DNA from: Camelus dromedarius
Lineage: Eukaryota
Length of the DNA: 64,000 nucleotides
Direction of reading: 5' to 3'
Assembly (NCBI RefSeq): GCF_036321535.1
Contig: NC_087437.1
Location: 39,930,001-39,994,000 of the forward strand
This document shows, in pieces, positions 22,330 to 36,639 of this stretch. The first letter of the stretch is position 1. The number at the start of each line of letters is the position of its first letter. Position numbers and translations under genes: made by a program. Below the pieces are notes generated by a model. That model ran no database searches and had not been told where the DNA came from. It saw only the letters and a program-made list of their open reading frames with translations.

Positions 22330-23200
22330 ATAGCGAGGAATGTGTTAAAGGGGATCCCCATGCAGGATGAGCAATTTTAAAAAATTAATTCTCAAAAGAA
22401 AATCAGCACTGAAAAAAACAAGAAGCCTAATAGAAGGGACAACTTATATGGAGAAATAGAAGTAAAGAAACAATCAGGACTTTTAAACAGCAAGGCTTAA
22501 AGTTTTCAAAGAGGAAAAGGAGGATTAGTATCCATGAAATAAAATCAGGTTATGAAACAGAACAATAGCTATTTTTCTGTTGGAAATCTTGAAATGGAAA
22601 AATATGAGATTATAAAGTCCAATATATAGGCTAAAGAGTAAACTAGATAATGCTGAAGAGAAAATTAGTGAACTCAATGATGCAACTGATAATCTCACAA
22701 AACATAGAGATGAAAAGATTGAAATAAAGAGAAGTTAGGAGATGTCAGAATATATATATGAATATATCTATCTATATATTTACATGTATACATGTACAGC
22801 AGAAAAAGAAAACAGCAGAGAGGCAATATTTGAAGAGATCACAGCTTAAAGTTTTTCAGAATCAAACAAAACAAAACAAACAAATAAAACACCCATCCTA
22901 GGGGGGAAGAAAAGAAAGAATGAGACACAAGAAACAATAGTGAACAATTAAGTCAGCAAGACATACTGACACATCTTAAAGGAAACCAAAACTAAAAGTC
23001 TAGAAAATCAAGAGAGAGATGGGAATTGATGGCTAAGACTTGAGAGATCAGAAGGATGTTCTAAAAAAGTACAAAACTCCTTATCTTCCACGGGAGGATG
23101 TTAGCAATGCTATAACTTTTTAGAAAAATAAAAAAGTATAAAGTGTATTAAGCATAGGGTAGCCAGTAGAGGAAAAACAGGAATAAAAATATAGAGTTTT
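22330..23200 (+). mobile_element. Old L1 5'/ORF1 remnant
   Basis: GCTGAAGAGAAAATTAGTGAACT and GCAATATTTGAAGAGAT...TTTTTCAGAAT resemble L1 ORF1. Confidence 0.55.
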
Positions 23201-24753
23201 TCCAAGGTTCTCTCCCCTATGATTTTCTAGGCCCATTCGCTATCTTCAGAAGAGACAAAATCATCTCAAAACTATAGACTTGACTCTACTGTCAGTAAAG
23301 GGAACAGTGCAAAATTTTGAAATCAGACAGCACTGTATTCAATCACTCACACTTTATAGTTTTTAAAATAATGTTTAATAACTTGACAGTAGGATAAGGA
23401 AATGAGGCTTAAAATAACTGAATGAAAATATTAGGAAAACCTACTTATTCGATCATAAAAGCCTACCAAAAGGAAACTGTTAGACATCACTGGAAGTAAA
23501 ATAAAACTAGATAAAGCACCACATGATAAAAGTCAATGATAACACTTGGCTGTGTGTTCCCTGATAACAGTGTATCAGGCAATATAATAGGTGCATGCCT
23601 CTACCTTCTCTAAGTATGATGGCTTTTTTCTAATCGTCCTTTTAAAAATTTCAGCCATTTGTTAATTATTCAGCTTCTGAATAATGAATACAGATGAAAG
23701 CTGTTCATGTTTAAACAATTAAACAAAACTATATTTAAAAGGTAAATACATTTAGAGAAAAAACAACTCAAAATTAGAATTTTGAACATTTCAAAATAAT
23801 AACAGTATTTGTTTCTGAGTGACATGATAGTGGATGACATTTTCTTTTCCAAACTTCCTAACAGTCTCCATAATCAGTACATATTACTTTATATTGCTTT
23901 ATCATCAGGCAAAATAAATGTTTTAAAAATTTAAGATTTCCACCTGAATTCATCTTGATAAAGATTCAATTAATAAGCAATTATATACTTTTTTAAAAAC
24001 CTTCTAAGATCCTATGTAATTCATCCAATACACAAGTAGTTTGAATTGAGTGGATACTAGGTTTAATTATTCACCTAACCAAAAGTCAACATGTAGCATA
24101 ACGTGAGATTATACAACACGTTGCTTATTAGAAAAACCAAGGCTAAATCTGGTTATATAAACTAATCTCTTCCACTCACACATAAAACATTTGTTAAAAT
24201 AGTCAAGTCCTGGTGGGACTAAAGAAAAGTTCTAATAGTCCAAGGAAAATCAATTTATTCTTAACTGGAACAGAAATTAAATTTAGTCATTTTCCAGACT
24301 CTTCTGAAATCAACGAATGTGTCCATCAAATCCTCAAGAATATAACTAACTTTTCTTTCTTTTAAGGCATATGCTACGGTATCTACACAATTAGGCCACT
24401 CTTGATTCTATAAAAACACTTATTCAGAAATGTCATTCTCAAATTTCCAATAGTAACTGAGTAATCTGAAGGTTTGCTTAGAGTTTGAACATACATGCCT
24501 TAGTTGAGTCAAGAATAGTAATCATTCCATTCCGCATGACCCTATATAATGTAATGAACACTACAGCCTTCCCATTTCCTGTATCTCATTTTCATTTTAT
24601 TATACCACTAGGACCAAGGACCAGAAAAGAGATGTCTAATTTTTTTTTAAGTGAAAAACATGGCTACTGAATTTCCTAATAAAATCACTGCAAGCATTTA
24701 CACTCAAATTACAGTGATGTTGTACTTAATATTTTTATCCTCACTAAGAAAGA

Positions 24754-24756
24754 TGA

Positions 24757-24824
<68 letters not shown>

Positions 24825-24903
24825 AAAGAAAGAAAGAAAGAAAGAGAGGGAGGGAGGGAGGAAGGAAGGAAGGAAGGAAGGAAGGAAGGAAGGAAGAAAG
24901 AAA

Positions 24904-24984
<81 letters not shown>

Positions 24985-25025
24985 GGGAGAAAGAAAGAAA
25001 GAAAGGGGAGAAAGAAAGAAAGAGG

Positions 25026-25056
<31 letters not shown>

Positions 25057-25183
25057 AATGAGAGAAAGAAAGAAAAATGCGAGAAAGAAAGAAATGAGAG
25101 AAAGAGTGAGAGAAAGAAAGAAGGGAAGGAAGGAAGAAAGGAAGGGAAAGGAAGGAAGAAAGGAAGGGAAATAAAGAAAGAAA
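24754..25183 (+). repeat. Compound (GAAA)n/(GGAA)n/(GGGA)n polypurine microsatellite
   Basis: About 430 bp of almost pure purine on the + strand. Confidence 0.97.
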
Positions 25184-25778
25184 AGTCTCTTATTAAAGGC
25201 CATGTTTTTGCCAACTCTGGAATACTCATTTGGGCCTTGCAAATAAAAAACGTTAAGTGCCATTTCTATAAATTCCTATTACTGACTCTGGTTCAGGAAG
25301 TAAGTCTACTGTTAATAACATAAAAACATTCCCATTTATGCCACTGACAAGGTTTTTAATGACCAAACTGGTCATTTACCAACTTTCATTGTTTAAAATC
25401 TAACAAAGAATTTACTAATTTTGATGGATACCTTATAACTCATTAAGGTTACCAGGTATTTCTCTGATCCTCAAATAGAGGATGAATTCAAGATTTTAAT
25501 TAGAAAGACTGGTTTCCGTAATTATACTGAAGCTTTTTTTTTTTTATCATGTAAAGTTATGCTTAAGGATATAATGTTGACCAGAAGTAACTACATAATA
25601 TGATTGCTGGGTTAGTCGCTTACGAATTCAAGGTCTATATCACTAACACAATAACACTACACAATAACAATACTACCCAGTACATTAGACTTTACTGAGC
25701 ATCATCACATATGTCACATATGTAATATTCACAAATTATAGGAAAAGTAGCATCATTTATAATCTTTGGTTGACATCT

Positions 25779-26201
25779 GTTATTTTCTTACAGCCCAGGA
25801 TCTACTTTTCTTTCTAGAGTGCTTTGATTTCCCTCTGAGGATTTACCTTATATCGACAGAGCAGACATGAAACTGAATTCCAAAGTCCATCCCCTTCCTA
25901 GAAGTTGGCATTTTAGGGGACTTTCCTGTGAATATGAATCTTGAGCAGAGGAACAAAGATACTAGAAATATTTAGAGGTTTTCATTTCAGCAGGAGAATC
26001 CAGATCATACTCTTCCTGCTACAAGACCTATTCAAATTCTCCAACCCTCTGTAGGTACTGTGACTACTCCCCCATTTCCAAGCCTACTTTTCCAGCCCTC
26101 CTTCAGTTCTGAGTACTCCCCAAACCATTCCAATAAATTTTCTTTTGCTTAAGTTAGTCAGAGCCAGTTTCTGTTGCTTGCAACCAGGGAATCCTGAAAT
26201 A
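25779..26201 (+). mobile_element. MaLR (MLT1-type) solo LTR splitting a MIR
   Basis: 3' end CAATAAATTTTCTTTTGCTTAAGTTAGTCAGAG...TTTCTGTTGCTTGCAACCA; MIR halves at about 25680-25770 and 26200-26310. Confidence 0.7.
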
Positions 26202-26341
26202 CCCTTTTACACATGAAGCATCTGAAATGCAGAAATGGTGATTTCCCCAGGTTGCTCAATAGGCAAGAGAGTGGTGACCTCATGACTCCTAATCCAGTGT
26301 TCTTGCCACTCTGCCACAAAGATAAAGACGATCATGCAACA

Positions 26342-29300
26342 CTTTTTGTATTGCAATATTATTGATTTACAATATTATATTATTTTCAGGTGTACAGCAT
26401 AGTGACTCAGTATTTTTATAGAATATACTCCATAAAATTTATTATAAGATAATGGCTATAATTTCCTGTGCTAGACAATATATCCTTGTTGCTTATCTAT
26501 TTTTTAGAGTAGTTTATTTCTCTTAATCTCATACCCCTATCTTGCCCTTCCCTCTCTCCACTGATAACCACTAGTTTATTTTCTAGATCTGAGAGTTTGT
26601 TCTGGTTTTGCTATATACATTCATTTGTTTTATTTTTTTAGATTCCACACATAAGTGATATCATGGAGTATTTGTCTTTCTGTGTCTGACTTATTTCATT
26701 AAACATAATATTCTCTAGGTCCATCCACATTGCTGCAAATGGCAGGATTTTGTTCTTTTTTATGGCTGAGTAATATTCCATTGTACATAAACTACATCTT
26801 CTTTATCCATTTGTCTGTTAAGAAACACTTGGTTCACTTCTGTATCTTGTCTATTGTAAATAGTGCTACTATAAACATTGAGGTGCATGTACCTTTTTGA
26901 ATTAGTGTTTTAATTTTCCCCAGATATATACCCAAGAGTGGAATTGCTAGATCATATGGTAGTTCTATTTTTAATTTGGGGAGACTCTCCATATGATTTT
27001 CCATAGTGGCTGCACCAATTTACATTCCCACCAACAGTGTACAAGGATTCCCTTTTCTGCACATCCTCACCAACATTTGTTGTTTGTAGACTTTTTGATG
27101 ATAGCAATTTTGACAGTTATAAGGTGATATCTCATTGTTGTTCTGATTTGCACTTCTCTAATAATTCACAATGTTGAGCATCTTTTTTGTGCCTGTTAGC
27201 CATCTGTATGTCTTCTTTGGAAAAATGTCTATGTATGTCTTCTGCCCATTTTTGATTGGGTTGTTTATGGTTTTTTTAATCGAGTTGTATGAGCTGTTTA
27301 TATATTTTGGATATTATCACTTTGTCTGTCATATCATTTGCAAATATTTTCTCCTATTCTGTAGATTTCTCTTTTCACTTTGTCAATGGTTTCCTTTGCT
27401 ATGAAAAAGCTTTAAAGTTTAATTAAGTCCTATTTGTTTATTTTTGAATTTATTTCTTTTGCCTTAGGAGATAAATCCAAAAAACAATATGGCTACAATT
27501 TATGTCAAAAAGTGTTCTGCCTATCTTCTTGTCTAGGAGTTTTATGATTTCAGGTCTTATATTTAGGTCTTTAATCCATTCTGAGTTTATTTTGTATTTG
27601 GCATAAGAAAATGTTCTAATATCACTGTTTCACATGTAGTTGTTCAGTTTTCCTAGAACCACTTATTGAAGAAATTGTCCTTTCCCCATTGTATATTCTT
27701 GCCTCCTTTGTCATAGATTAATTGACCATAGGTGTGTGGGCTTATTTCAGGGCTCTCTATTCTATTCCATTGATCTATGTGTCTGTTTTTGTGTCAGTGC
27801 CATGCTGTTTTAATTACTGTAGCTTTGTAGTATAACCTGAAGTCTAGGAGGGTGATACCTCTCCAGCTTTTTTCTTTTTTCTCAAGATTGGTTTGGCAAT
27901 TCAGGGTATGCTTCCACATGAATTTTAAGATTATTTGCTCTAGTTCTATGAAAAAATGTCATGGGTATTTTGACAGGGATTGCATTAAATCTGTAGGTTG
28001 CTTTGGGTAGTATGGCCCTTTTAACAATATTAATTCTTCCAATCCAAGAGCACAGGATATCTTTCTGTTTCATTGTATCATCTTCAGATTCCTTAGTCAA
28101 TGTTTTATAATTTTCAGAATATGAGTCATTCACCTCCTTAGTTATACTTTCCTAGGTATTTTGTTTTATTTGATGCTACTTTAAATGGATTGTTTTACTT
28201 TCTCTTTCTGATAGTTCATTATCAAAGTATAGAAAAGCAAAAGATTTCTGTATAATAATCCTGTATCCTGCAACTTTGCTGAATTCGTTAGTTCTAATAG
28301 TTTTTGGTGGAGTGTCATGTCATTTGCAAATAGTGACAGTTTTACTTCTTCCCTTCCAACTCCAATGCACTTTATTTCTTTTTCTTGACTGATTGCTGTG
28401 CCTAGGATTTCCAATACTATTTTATCAATTGTTGTTTGTTTTTCAAAAAACTAGCTCTTAGTTTCATTGACCGTTTCTTCTGCTGACTTTAGGATTTGTT
28501 TGTTCTTCTTCTTCTAACTCCTTTAGGTGGTTGATTAGGTGGTTTATTTGAGATATTTCTTGTTTCTTGAGGAAGGTCTGTGTCTCTATGAGCCTCCCTC
28601 TTAGAACTGCTTTTGCTGCATCCCATATATTACAGAGTGTTGTGTTTCCATTTTCATTTGTCTCAAGGTATTTTCTTTTTTTTTTTTAATTAAAAAAATC
28701 ATATGTTACTCTTAATTCTTTTTACATTTTCAAGGTATTTTCTGATTTCTTCTTTATTTCTTCACTGACCCATTAGCTTTTTAGTAGCATGTTGTTCAGT
28801 CTCCACATGTTTGTTCTTTTTCCATTTTTCATTCTATAATTGATTTCTATTTTCATACTGTTGTGGTCAGGAAAAAAATGCTTGATATAATTTCTATCCT
28901 CTTAAATTTGTTGAGACTTGTTTTGTGGCCTAGCATCTAATTTATTCTGGAGAACATTCTATGTGTTCTTGAAAAGAATGTGTGTTCTTGAAAAGAATGT
29001 GTATTCTGCTGTTTTTGGATTTAATGTCCTATAGATATCTATTAAGTCCAACTAGCCTATTGCATCATTTAAAACCACTTTGCCTTATTTTCTGTCTGGA
29101 TGATTTGTCCAGTGATGTAAGTGGGGTGTTAAAGTCCTCTATTATTATTATATTATTGCTAGTTTCTCCCTTTATGTCTGTTAGTATTTGCTTCATATAT
29201 TTAGGTGCTCCTGTATTGGGTGCGTATGTGTTAACGAGTATAGCATCTTCTTGTTGCACTGATATTTTTATCATTATATAATGTCCTTCTTTTTTGTTGT

Positions 29301-30525
29301 TGTTGTTGTTATAGCCTTTGGTTTCTTGTGTTATTTTAAATATAGCCTTTGTTTTAAAGTCTATCTTGTCTTTTATGAGTATTGCTCTCCTTGTTTTCTT
29401 GTCATTTCCATTTGCATGAAATGTCTTTCCCCATCCCTTATTTTCAGTCTGTGTGTCTTTAGCTCTGAAGTCTCTTGTAGACAGCATATAGAAGGATCTT
29501 GCATTTTTTTATCCAAACAGCTACCCTATGTCTTTTGATTGGAGCATTTAGTCCATTGACATTTAAAGTAACTATTTATAGGTATGTATTTATTGTCATT
29601 TTATTACTTGTTTTCCAGTTGTTTTTGTAATTCTTTTCTGTTCATTTCTTCTGTTAGTTTCTTCCCTTGTGGTTTAATGATTTTCTTTAGTATTATGCTT
29701 GTATTCCTTTCTTTCAGTTTTTGTGTGTCTATTGTAGGTTTTTGATTTGTGGTTACCATTGGGTTCATATATGTTGATCTATAATTATATCTTTTTTCAA
29801 ACTGGTAGTCATTTAAATTCAAACATATGCTGAAAGATTTACTCTCCTTCCCAAAATTTTGTGTTTTTGATGTCAAATTTTACATCTTCATGGTTATCCC
29901 TGTTTATTGTAGTTATACTTGCTTTTATAAATTTTGTCTTTTAATCTTTGTACTGGCTTATTTAAATGATTGATCCTCAGTTCTTACTGTATACTTGCCT
30001 TTCCTAGTGGGATTTTTTTTCTTTCCTATAGATTCTTACTTCTTTTCCACTTAGAGAAGACCCTTTAACGTTTCTTTTAGGGCAGGTTTATTACTGATGA
30101 ACTCTTTTAGTTTTTACTTGTCTGAGAAGTTCTTTGTCTCTCCTTCTATTCTAAATGATAATCTTGCTGGGTAGAGTATCCTAGGTTGCAGTTTCCCCCT
30201 TTCAGCACACTGAATATATCATGCCAAAGATTCACTTGTATATGACTCTTCATTCTTCTCTTGCTGCCTTTAGAATTCTCTATGTATCTTTAACTTTTGC
30301 CATTTTAATTATGATATGTCTTGGTGTGGCTCTGTTTGGGTTCATCTTGTTTGGACCCTCTGTGCTTCCTGTGCCTAGCTTTCTGTTTCCTTCTTCAGGT
30401 GTTTTCAGACATAATTTCTTCAAATACATTTTTGATCCCTTCTTTTTTGTCTCCTTCTGGGACCCCTATAATGTGAATGCTGGCACACTTAAAGTTATCC
30501 CAGAGATCTCTTAAACTGTTTTCAG
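26342..30525 (-). mobile_element. L1 element with internal deletions (3' UTR, ORF2 RT/C-terminus, endonuclease, ORF1 part)
   Basis: ORF track hits ILCSWIGRINIVK..ILPKA.YRFNAIP (27882-28133), [21 protein letters not shown] (28181-28414) and endonuclease KEGHYIMIK.S..QED...VNTYAPNTGAPKYMKQIL (29065-29487). 3' end at 26342; the sequence jumps from RT to the post-endonuclease region at about 28420. Confidence 0.95.
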
Positions 30526-32399
30526 ATTTACAAAGGAAAAGGGACCTCCACTTTCTCTCCTAGATTTCTTTGCCCTCCTGCTACATTTCTCTCCAAAAAG
30601 TTTAACTTATGTCAATCAAAATTTCCATTTTAACGGATGTGCATCTCAAACTCAATATCCCACCCTTCACAGTTACTGCATAACCCAATTGAGAAGGCAA
30701 AATGGTTGTTATGTGGACTATGTCTTTAAAATCTTTAACAGTTAAGAAAAAAAAGACACACCTAAGCTTATTTTTTCCATCTGGATCCAAAACTTTAGTT
30801 CATGGACAAAGTATATGGTGTTTGTATTGGCAAGAAGAAGTGTGTGATTTCAAAACATCATCCAGTAGTGCCGTAACATAGGCCGCAGTGCTAATGAGGC
30901 ATGGTGGTGAATATCGTTCTTGTAATAGTACCAATTGTTTCAATATGTAAAAGTCTGTCTAAAGCTATATATTGAACTTCTACTCATGTCTAGCCATCCT
31001 AAAATTGAATCCCACAAGTTACTAACAGACTTAGGCTTACCATCTCTGAAAATAGATCAAAAGGCACACCCTGCTCAAGATGGCTCAACAATGTCCTTTT
31101 CTGGGAAGAAGTGAGAACAGTTCTTAAAAAACTTATTTTTTTTCATTGAATGACTTCATGACCTAATGGAGGGATTGACCAGACTTGGTGTTTGGTGGGA
31201 GTAGATTCAACCTTGCTAGACAATCCTCACTTCATGTGGGGCTCTATCCCTATGAAAATGCTAAAATCAAACAATTAAGAATTCTGTCGGTAAAGTGCTT
31301 AATGAAGATGTCCTGTAGTGCAATTTAAATAAACATGAATGTACTTATTTTTCCTATTTGATTAATTGCTATAATTCCTCACAAAAAAAAAGTCTTTTCA
31401 GAAATCTTGAGAGATTGAGTTGTGGCTGTTACGTGCACATGCTATAATTCTATTGCATGCTATTTTCATGGAACAGCATTGAAAAGAGCTCATAAACCAG
31501 ATTCTACACTCACAAACTCAAATTTCTTTCATGTTTCATCATTTGTTTTCAGTCTATATGCAACAAAATGATCCTCATCACCAACCAACCTGGCTCCCTA
31601 AATAAGATTTGCAAGATTCTACCAACAATGGCGATGGCAAGTGAATGATGAGGCAGAAGTTTGTCAGTTCTGCCTCTTAAGGCTGGGCTGTAGTCTTATG
31701 TATCTAGAAATCAAGGGTTTCATGCTATTAGTACTTACACTGTCTAAAGGAATGCCCCCATATAGTGACCTGTGGCTACAAGACTGCCATAATTATCACA
31801 CTCTAAACAGGAGCATAAAAGTAAGACGTGGAAGAATAGCTGGCTGATTGCACCTGCAATTTTGTATCCGCAACTAATAACTGGTCCAAAAGGGAAGCTA
31901 TGCCCAAAGGGGAAGGGTGTGGGGAGCAATTGATCCATGAGTGTTCTGCAATAGAACTCCCTCTATGCTGTTAAATGAAAAGCAGAGATTAGATACAGGA
32001 AATCAAAAACGTCCAACTTCCTCTATTTATAACTTCAATGTTTCTACCAGATCTGGTAATAAATTATCAAGTAAGATAAGATCCCATTGTATCCAAGGAT
32101 AAGATACCTTGGGATAATCAAAGAAGCAAAACAACCTTAAATAAAATCAAAATCTTTCCCTAGCCCTAGAGCAACTATTTTTCACCAACGTGTACTATTC
32201 CATGCCCTTATCAAAGGCATACCAAAGCATCACAGTCTAAAACCACTTTCCCATGTTTTAAAACATGGCCACCTTTTGCTGGAGGAGAGGAAGACAGGAA
32301 GCCCATGATGCTCTTTAGAGGCTCCATGTAAGCTTATCTTTCCTCTTCATCAAAACCTTCTGAAAATCAGGGCTCTTTCTCCATCTTGATTATGAAGGT

Positions 32400-33120
32400 G
32401 GAACTGCCGGTGTTTAAAGCCTCTCTCTGCCTTCTTTCCCAGCGTTTCTCTCCTCCCATCAGTCAGAGGAAAGAGTGCCCCCACAGGCCATCATTAACCT
32501 GCCAATTCTGCCTCCAAACAAGGAGGACAAGAGCTCACTAATTTGAAGATCAAAAAGCCACTTGTCCATTATATAATTGGAATGAAAGGCAAAACGTTGC
32601 CGTTCTGAAGAGCACAGTAATTACTAGCTGTTAATTGCTCTCTCGTGGTGGCTCACTTTTAATTAAAAAGAACAGCTCGTTGCAGGCCGATAAGCAATGG
32701 TGGAGACCAGTGGTTTAATCAACAAAGCAGAAAAATTTGTTTCTGCCGCAGCCAACAACAGCTTGAGAAATCTTCAGATGTCCAATTGAGATTAAAAAAT
32801 GTCTATTTAGTGCAGTCAGATTTTATTTTAACCAAGGAAATGACTATTTGAAGTCTTCCAATGTGAGTGTCCCTGCCACATCCCCGCTGGTGCCGTGGGG
32901 ACTAATCACGGGCTGGGGTTGTGATCACTCAAGTAAAGAAATTTAGCGACTTTCCTCTTGACTTCATCATTCTTGGGTAATTGGCCTGTCTGAGGTGAGT
33001 ATTCTTTTTTTCTTTTTAAGAGAGCGCTTTAAAGTATGGAAGGCCCACAGACTGTGCATTTAATTACTGTTCATATTTCATGCAGTCAAACTGAATTTCA
33101 TTTAAAAAGAAAATGATTTA
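32400..33120. promoter_or_regulatory. Candidate conserved non-coding element
   Basis: Repeat-free, retained CpGs, dense TAAT/TAATTA homeodomain cores, SOX AACAAAG (32721). Confidence 0.45.
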
Positions 33121-34134
33121 CCTATCTTAAAAAAGCCTTATATGCTCTGCTTTGTTTTTTTCTTCCAGGGGTTATATATGTACATGCCCCAGAAAATGTA
33201 TTTAGGGCATCAAAGTTAATTCTGTAAGATGCTTCTCTGTCTTTTCCTCTTTCATCTCAGAGCCACCAATGACAGTTCTCCTTGTGGGGGTTGGGGGGGG
33301 GGGTACTCCCTGGAAGAATAGCACTACATTTAGTTAAGAAGGGTCCCTAGGTTAAGTGGGGTTACTTGGTCCCAGTTTGGCTCGTATTTCTCCAATTGTG
33401 AACAGTGTGTGTGCCCGCCCCCCGTGCCTCTTTTCTTCTCCCTCTTCTTCTAGGTTGTGGTAGTTAGAAAGCCGTTTGCTTTTAAAATTTGCATGTGCTT
33501 TCACTTAACTGTCCCTCATGGGTCTCAAGCTATGTTTAAGTCTAGTCTTTCATCAAGAAGGAAATAACCGCTGTCTTCACCAATCATGAGAAACACATCT
33601 CTTTGTTATCTGGATTACATCAAAAATGTGTCTCAATCACAATGCCAGTGATACAAACTATTGGTCAAATATCTACCGTATGCATTGGATAAGTGTTAGC
33701 TCTAGTCCTGTAGAAAATGGTTTATCACTTGGGCTCAGATGGTGCTTCTGAAAAGATCTGTTCCTTTGCCAGTGCTAACGCAAACTTCTCTTTCTCCTAA
33801 ACTAATCATAGTCTTCAAGATACAGCCTACAAATAAATGGGTGGTTTAATTCAGGGTAATGAAAAATTAACCTATTGTTAGCTTAACTTGATAGTCCTTA
33901 TCTTTTCTTTGGAAACACTGCTGACGTCAGGCTGATGGAGACTGGTACCCCTACTTGCCTCCATGCCAATCTACTTAAAGTCATACAGGACTCCCTCGTA
34001 GAGAATTCATCAGCTGAGTCCTAATTTAACTTTCCTGCATTGAGGTGTCTGCTTTCAGAGAAAAGAAGGAGGGAAGGAAAAGAGAAGTTTTACCACATTT
34101 TCTTTAAATGCCTCTTCATTTATATCCAAAATCA

Positions 34135-34340
34135 ATGGCCTACAATCATGGAAAGAGTAGAGTCCAGAATTAGTTTAAATCCCAACTCTATTGTTTCTTA
34201 ATGAGTTACCATGGGTCAGTTATTTGGCCTCTCCAATCTCAATTCAATCCATGGAGAAAATAACTCTTTAAAGGAACTGTTGCCAAAAATAAATGAAATT
34301 ATATTTTGAACATAGTAGGTGTTCAGTAAATGATAGCCGT
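34135..34340 (+). mobile_element. MIR SINE
   Basis: TTTAAATCCCAACTCT...ACCATGGGTCAGTTATTT..CCTCTC...CATAGTAGGTGTTCAGTAAATGATAGC. Confidence 0.65.
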
Positions 34341-35499
34341 TCCTGAGGAATGTTGGACACTGGCAAAATGAGAAGCATGCTAGTCAAGAAGGGTCCCTCC
34401 CCATTGCAGTCTTCTGTACACTTTCAAGTATGGCAGGAGAATCTGGAAAAACCAATCCCAGAATTGCTTTGTTTAGTATTCCCCATCCTCTCCCACCCCT
34501 ACACTTCATCACTACATGCATGCCATTAATCCTTTTAACTATAGTCAAATCTGGCATGCGGTGGGGGAGGGAACAGTGAATCAATGAATGACTCAAAAAA
34601 GAATTTGATAGTAGATTCATTTTAATAGAGAAAAGAGAGGGCAAAAAAAGAAGACAGAGAGTTATTTTCTGAAGTTTAAGTTCCTGAAAATTTTCCTCAG
34701 GATGTTAATGAACCAAAAAAGAATGCGCACACATACACATATACACATTTCTCCTGACATCCCTTACCACACCGATTAATCCTATAAATAAGTTTGGTGC
34801 CCTTATTTCAGATTAAACCTAAGGGGAAACTATTCATATGAGCAACATTGTCTTCTAATGTAAGAGAGCCATGCAACTAGAAAAATAATGAGATTAATTT
34901 TTCCTGTAATACACACTCAAAAGTTGTTGCCTCATTGACATAATAGTCATTTCTGGTCCTTCATCTACTGGGAACCATAATGTGGCTCCTTTTATTTCTC
35001 ACCAAGAATTAGGAAATTTTTAAAACTATTACTGAAGCCAATGAAAAATTCAGTGCTTTAGGTGACAGATATTAGTCTTGTCTTTAGTCACAAAATAACC
35101 TTGAACCTCCAGTCATCCTGCCTGTACACAAGCATGGAAGTATCAAGTGGTGGAGTTGAAAGAGACTTAGGAGAGTCTGTTGAAAATAGAGGCCTTTAAA
35201 AGTCACAAAATAAGTACAAGTAGTTACCAAATTCTACACTTAGAAAAATGCCAAAGAGAACTGCTACTAATATACCTCAGGGCTTCATTTTCCCCCAAAG
35301 GCTGAGTAGCACAGGGTCACCTATATAAGACTAGAATTTAGTATTAGAAAGTGAATGACCCGTTTGTCAGGAGCAGGCTCTACTACCAGCTCCCGGCTTG
35401 CCCCTGGATGGATCCTGTCATTTATCTGATGTGATGATTGAAGCAGAGAAACTCTGAAGACCATCCAGCTTAAAAAGTCTATTTTTCTATAACTACTTC

Positions 35500-36085
35500 T
35501 TTTCAGTTTTGTGGTAAAATACATAGGATAAAATTTACCACTTTAACCATTCTTATATGTACAATTTAATGGTAAGTAAACATTTTAAGTATACATTACA
35601 CAACATATAAGTGGACATTTTTAAGTGTGCAATTAAATATATTCACATGTGCAACCATCACTACCATTCATCTCCAGGATTTTTCATCACCCCAAACTGA
35701 AACTCTATACCCATTAAACAACAACTCCTCATTTGCTTCTCCCCCCAGCTCCTGGTAACCACCCTTCTCTCTCTGTCTCTGTGCATTTGCCTATTCTAGG
35801 TACCTCATATAAGTGGAATCATATACCTTATTTGTCCTTTGATGTCTGGCTTATTCCACCTAGCATGTTTTCAAGGTTCACCCATGTTATAGCATGTGTT
35901 CATATTTCATTCATTTTTAAGGTTGAATAATATTCCACTGTGTAGACAGACCACATTTTGTTTGTCCGTTCATCTGCTGATGGGCTTTTAAGTTGGTTCC
36001 ACCTTTTTTGCTATTGCTAATAATGCTACTATGAACACTGGTGTACAAGTAGCTGCTTGAGTCCTTGTTTTCAGTGACAACTTTT
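35500..36085 (-). mobile_element. L1MB-type 3' end
   Basis: GTGGTAAAATACATA..ATAAAATTTACCACTTTAACCATT...CATCACCCCAAACTGAAACTCTATACCCATTAAACAAC...GAATAATATTCCACTGT. Confidence 0.9.
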
Positions 36086-36639
36086 GAGATGCAGGATGAG
36101 TCCAAGTAGACTTAAAAGGCTATGGATAGCAGTCTGTCAGCATGGGGCTCACATGCCTAGTCAAGAAGATGGGTACAACATCCCTTGACTCACTTTGTAC
36201 CATACCAGCTACCAGAAGACACTCAGCAAATGTCTTCTAATAACAGAAGGTGAATTCAGCCTCTTTGGATCAATTTCATGTTAAGTGTAAATCCTCTTAT
36301 AGGGTGTAGGCAACCTCCTGCCAGCGCATTATGCTAGTTAAGGGCAAAAGCCAAACAATATGTTTATGCTCAGGCTTTTCTGAACACCCATCTTCCTGTG
36401 TCTGTTCACGGTATCCAAACCAGCAGGCCCGGGATGTCTGTAGCCAGTTCTGATCAGAGAACCCTTACGTTCACTTGGCGATTGGGATGTGGAGGGGGAG
36501 CTTTTTTTTTTCCTACTTCCTGTTTCTAATTTTCAGGCAGCACCTGTCACCAGCAGTCTTGACTTTCACAGTTTTCTTTTGAGCCTCTTAGCTTTTTTTC
36601 TCATACTTGTTCTAAGGTTTATCAGAGGAAACACTTGCC

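Noticed and set aside
24651..25263. Long ORFs of 136-184 aa (KERK / SFFL repeats)
   Set aside because: Translations of the (GAAA)n microsatellite.
28962..28999. 19-bp tandem duplication TGTGTTCTTGAAAAGAATG
   Set aside because: Ordinary slippage duplication within a dead L1.
27882..29487. ORFs with reverse transcriptase / endonuclease similarity
   Set aside because: Broken L1 ORF2 fragments, not a host gene or a novel RT system.
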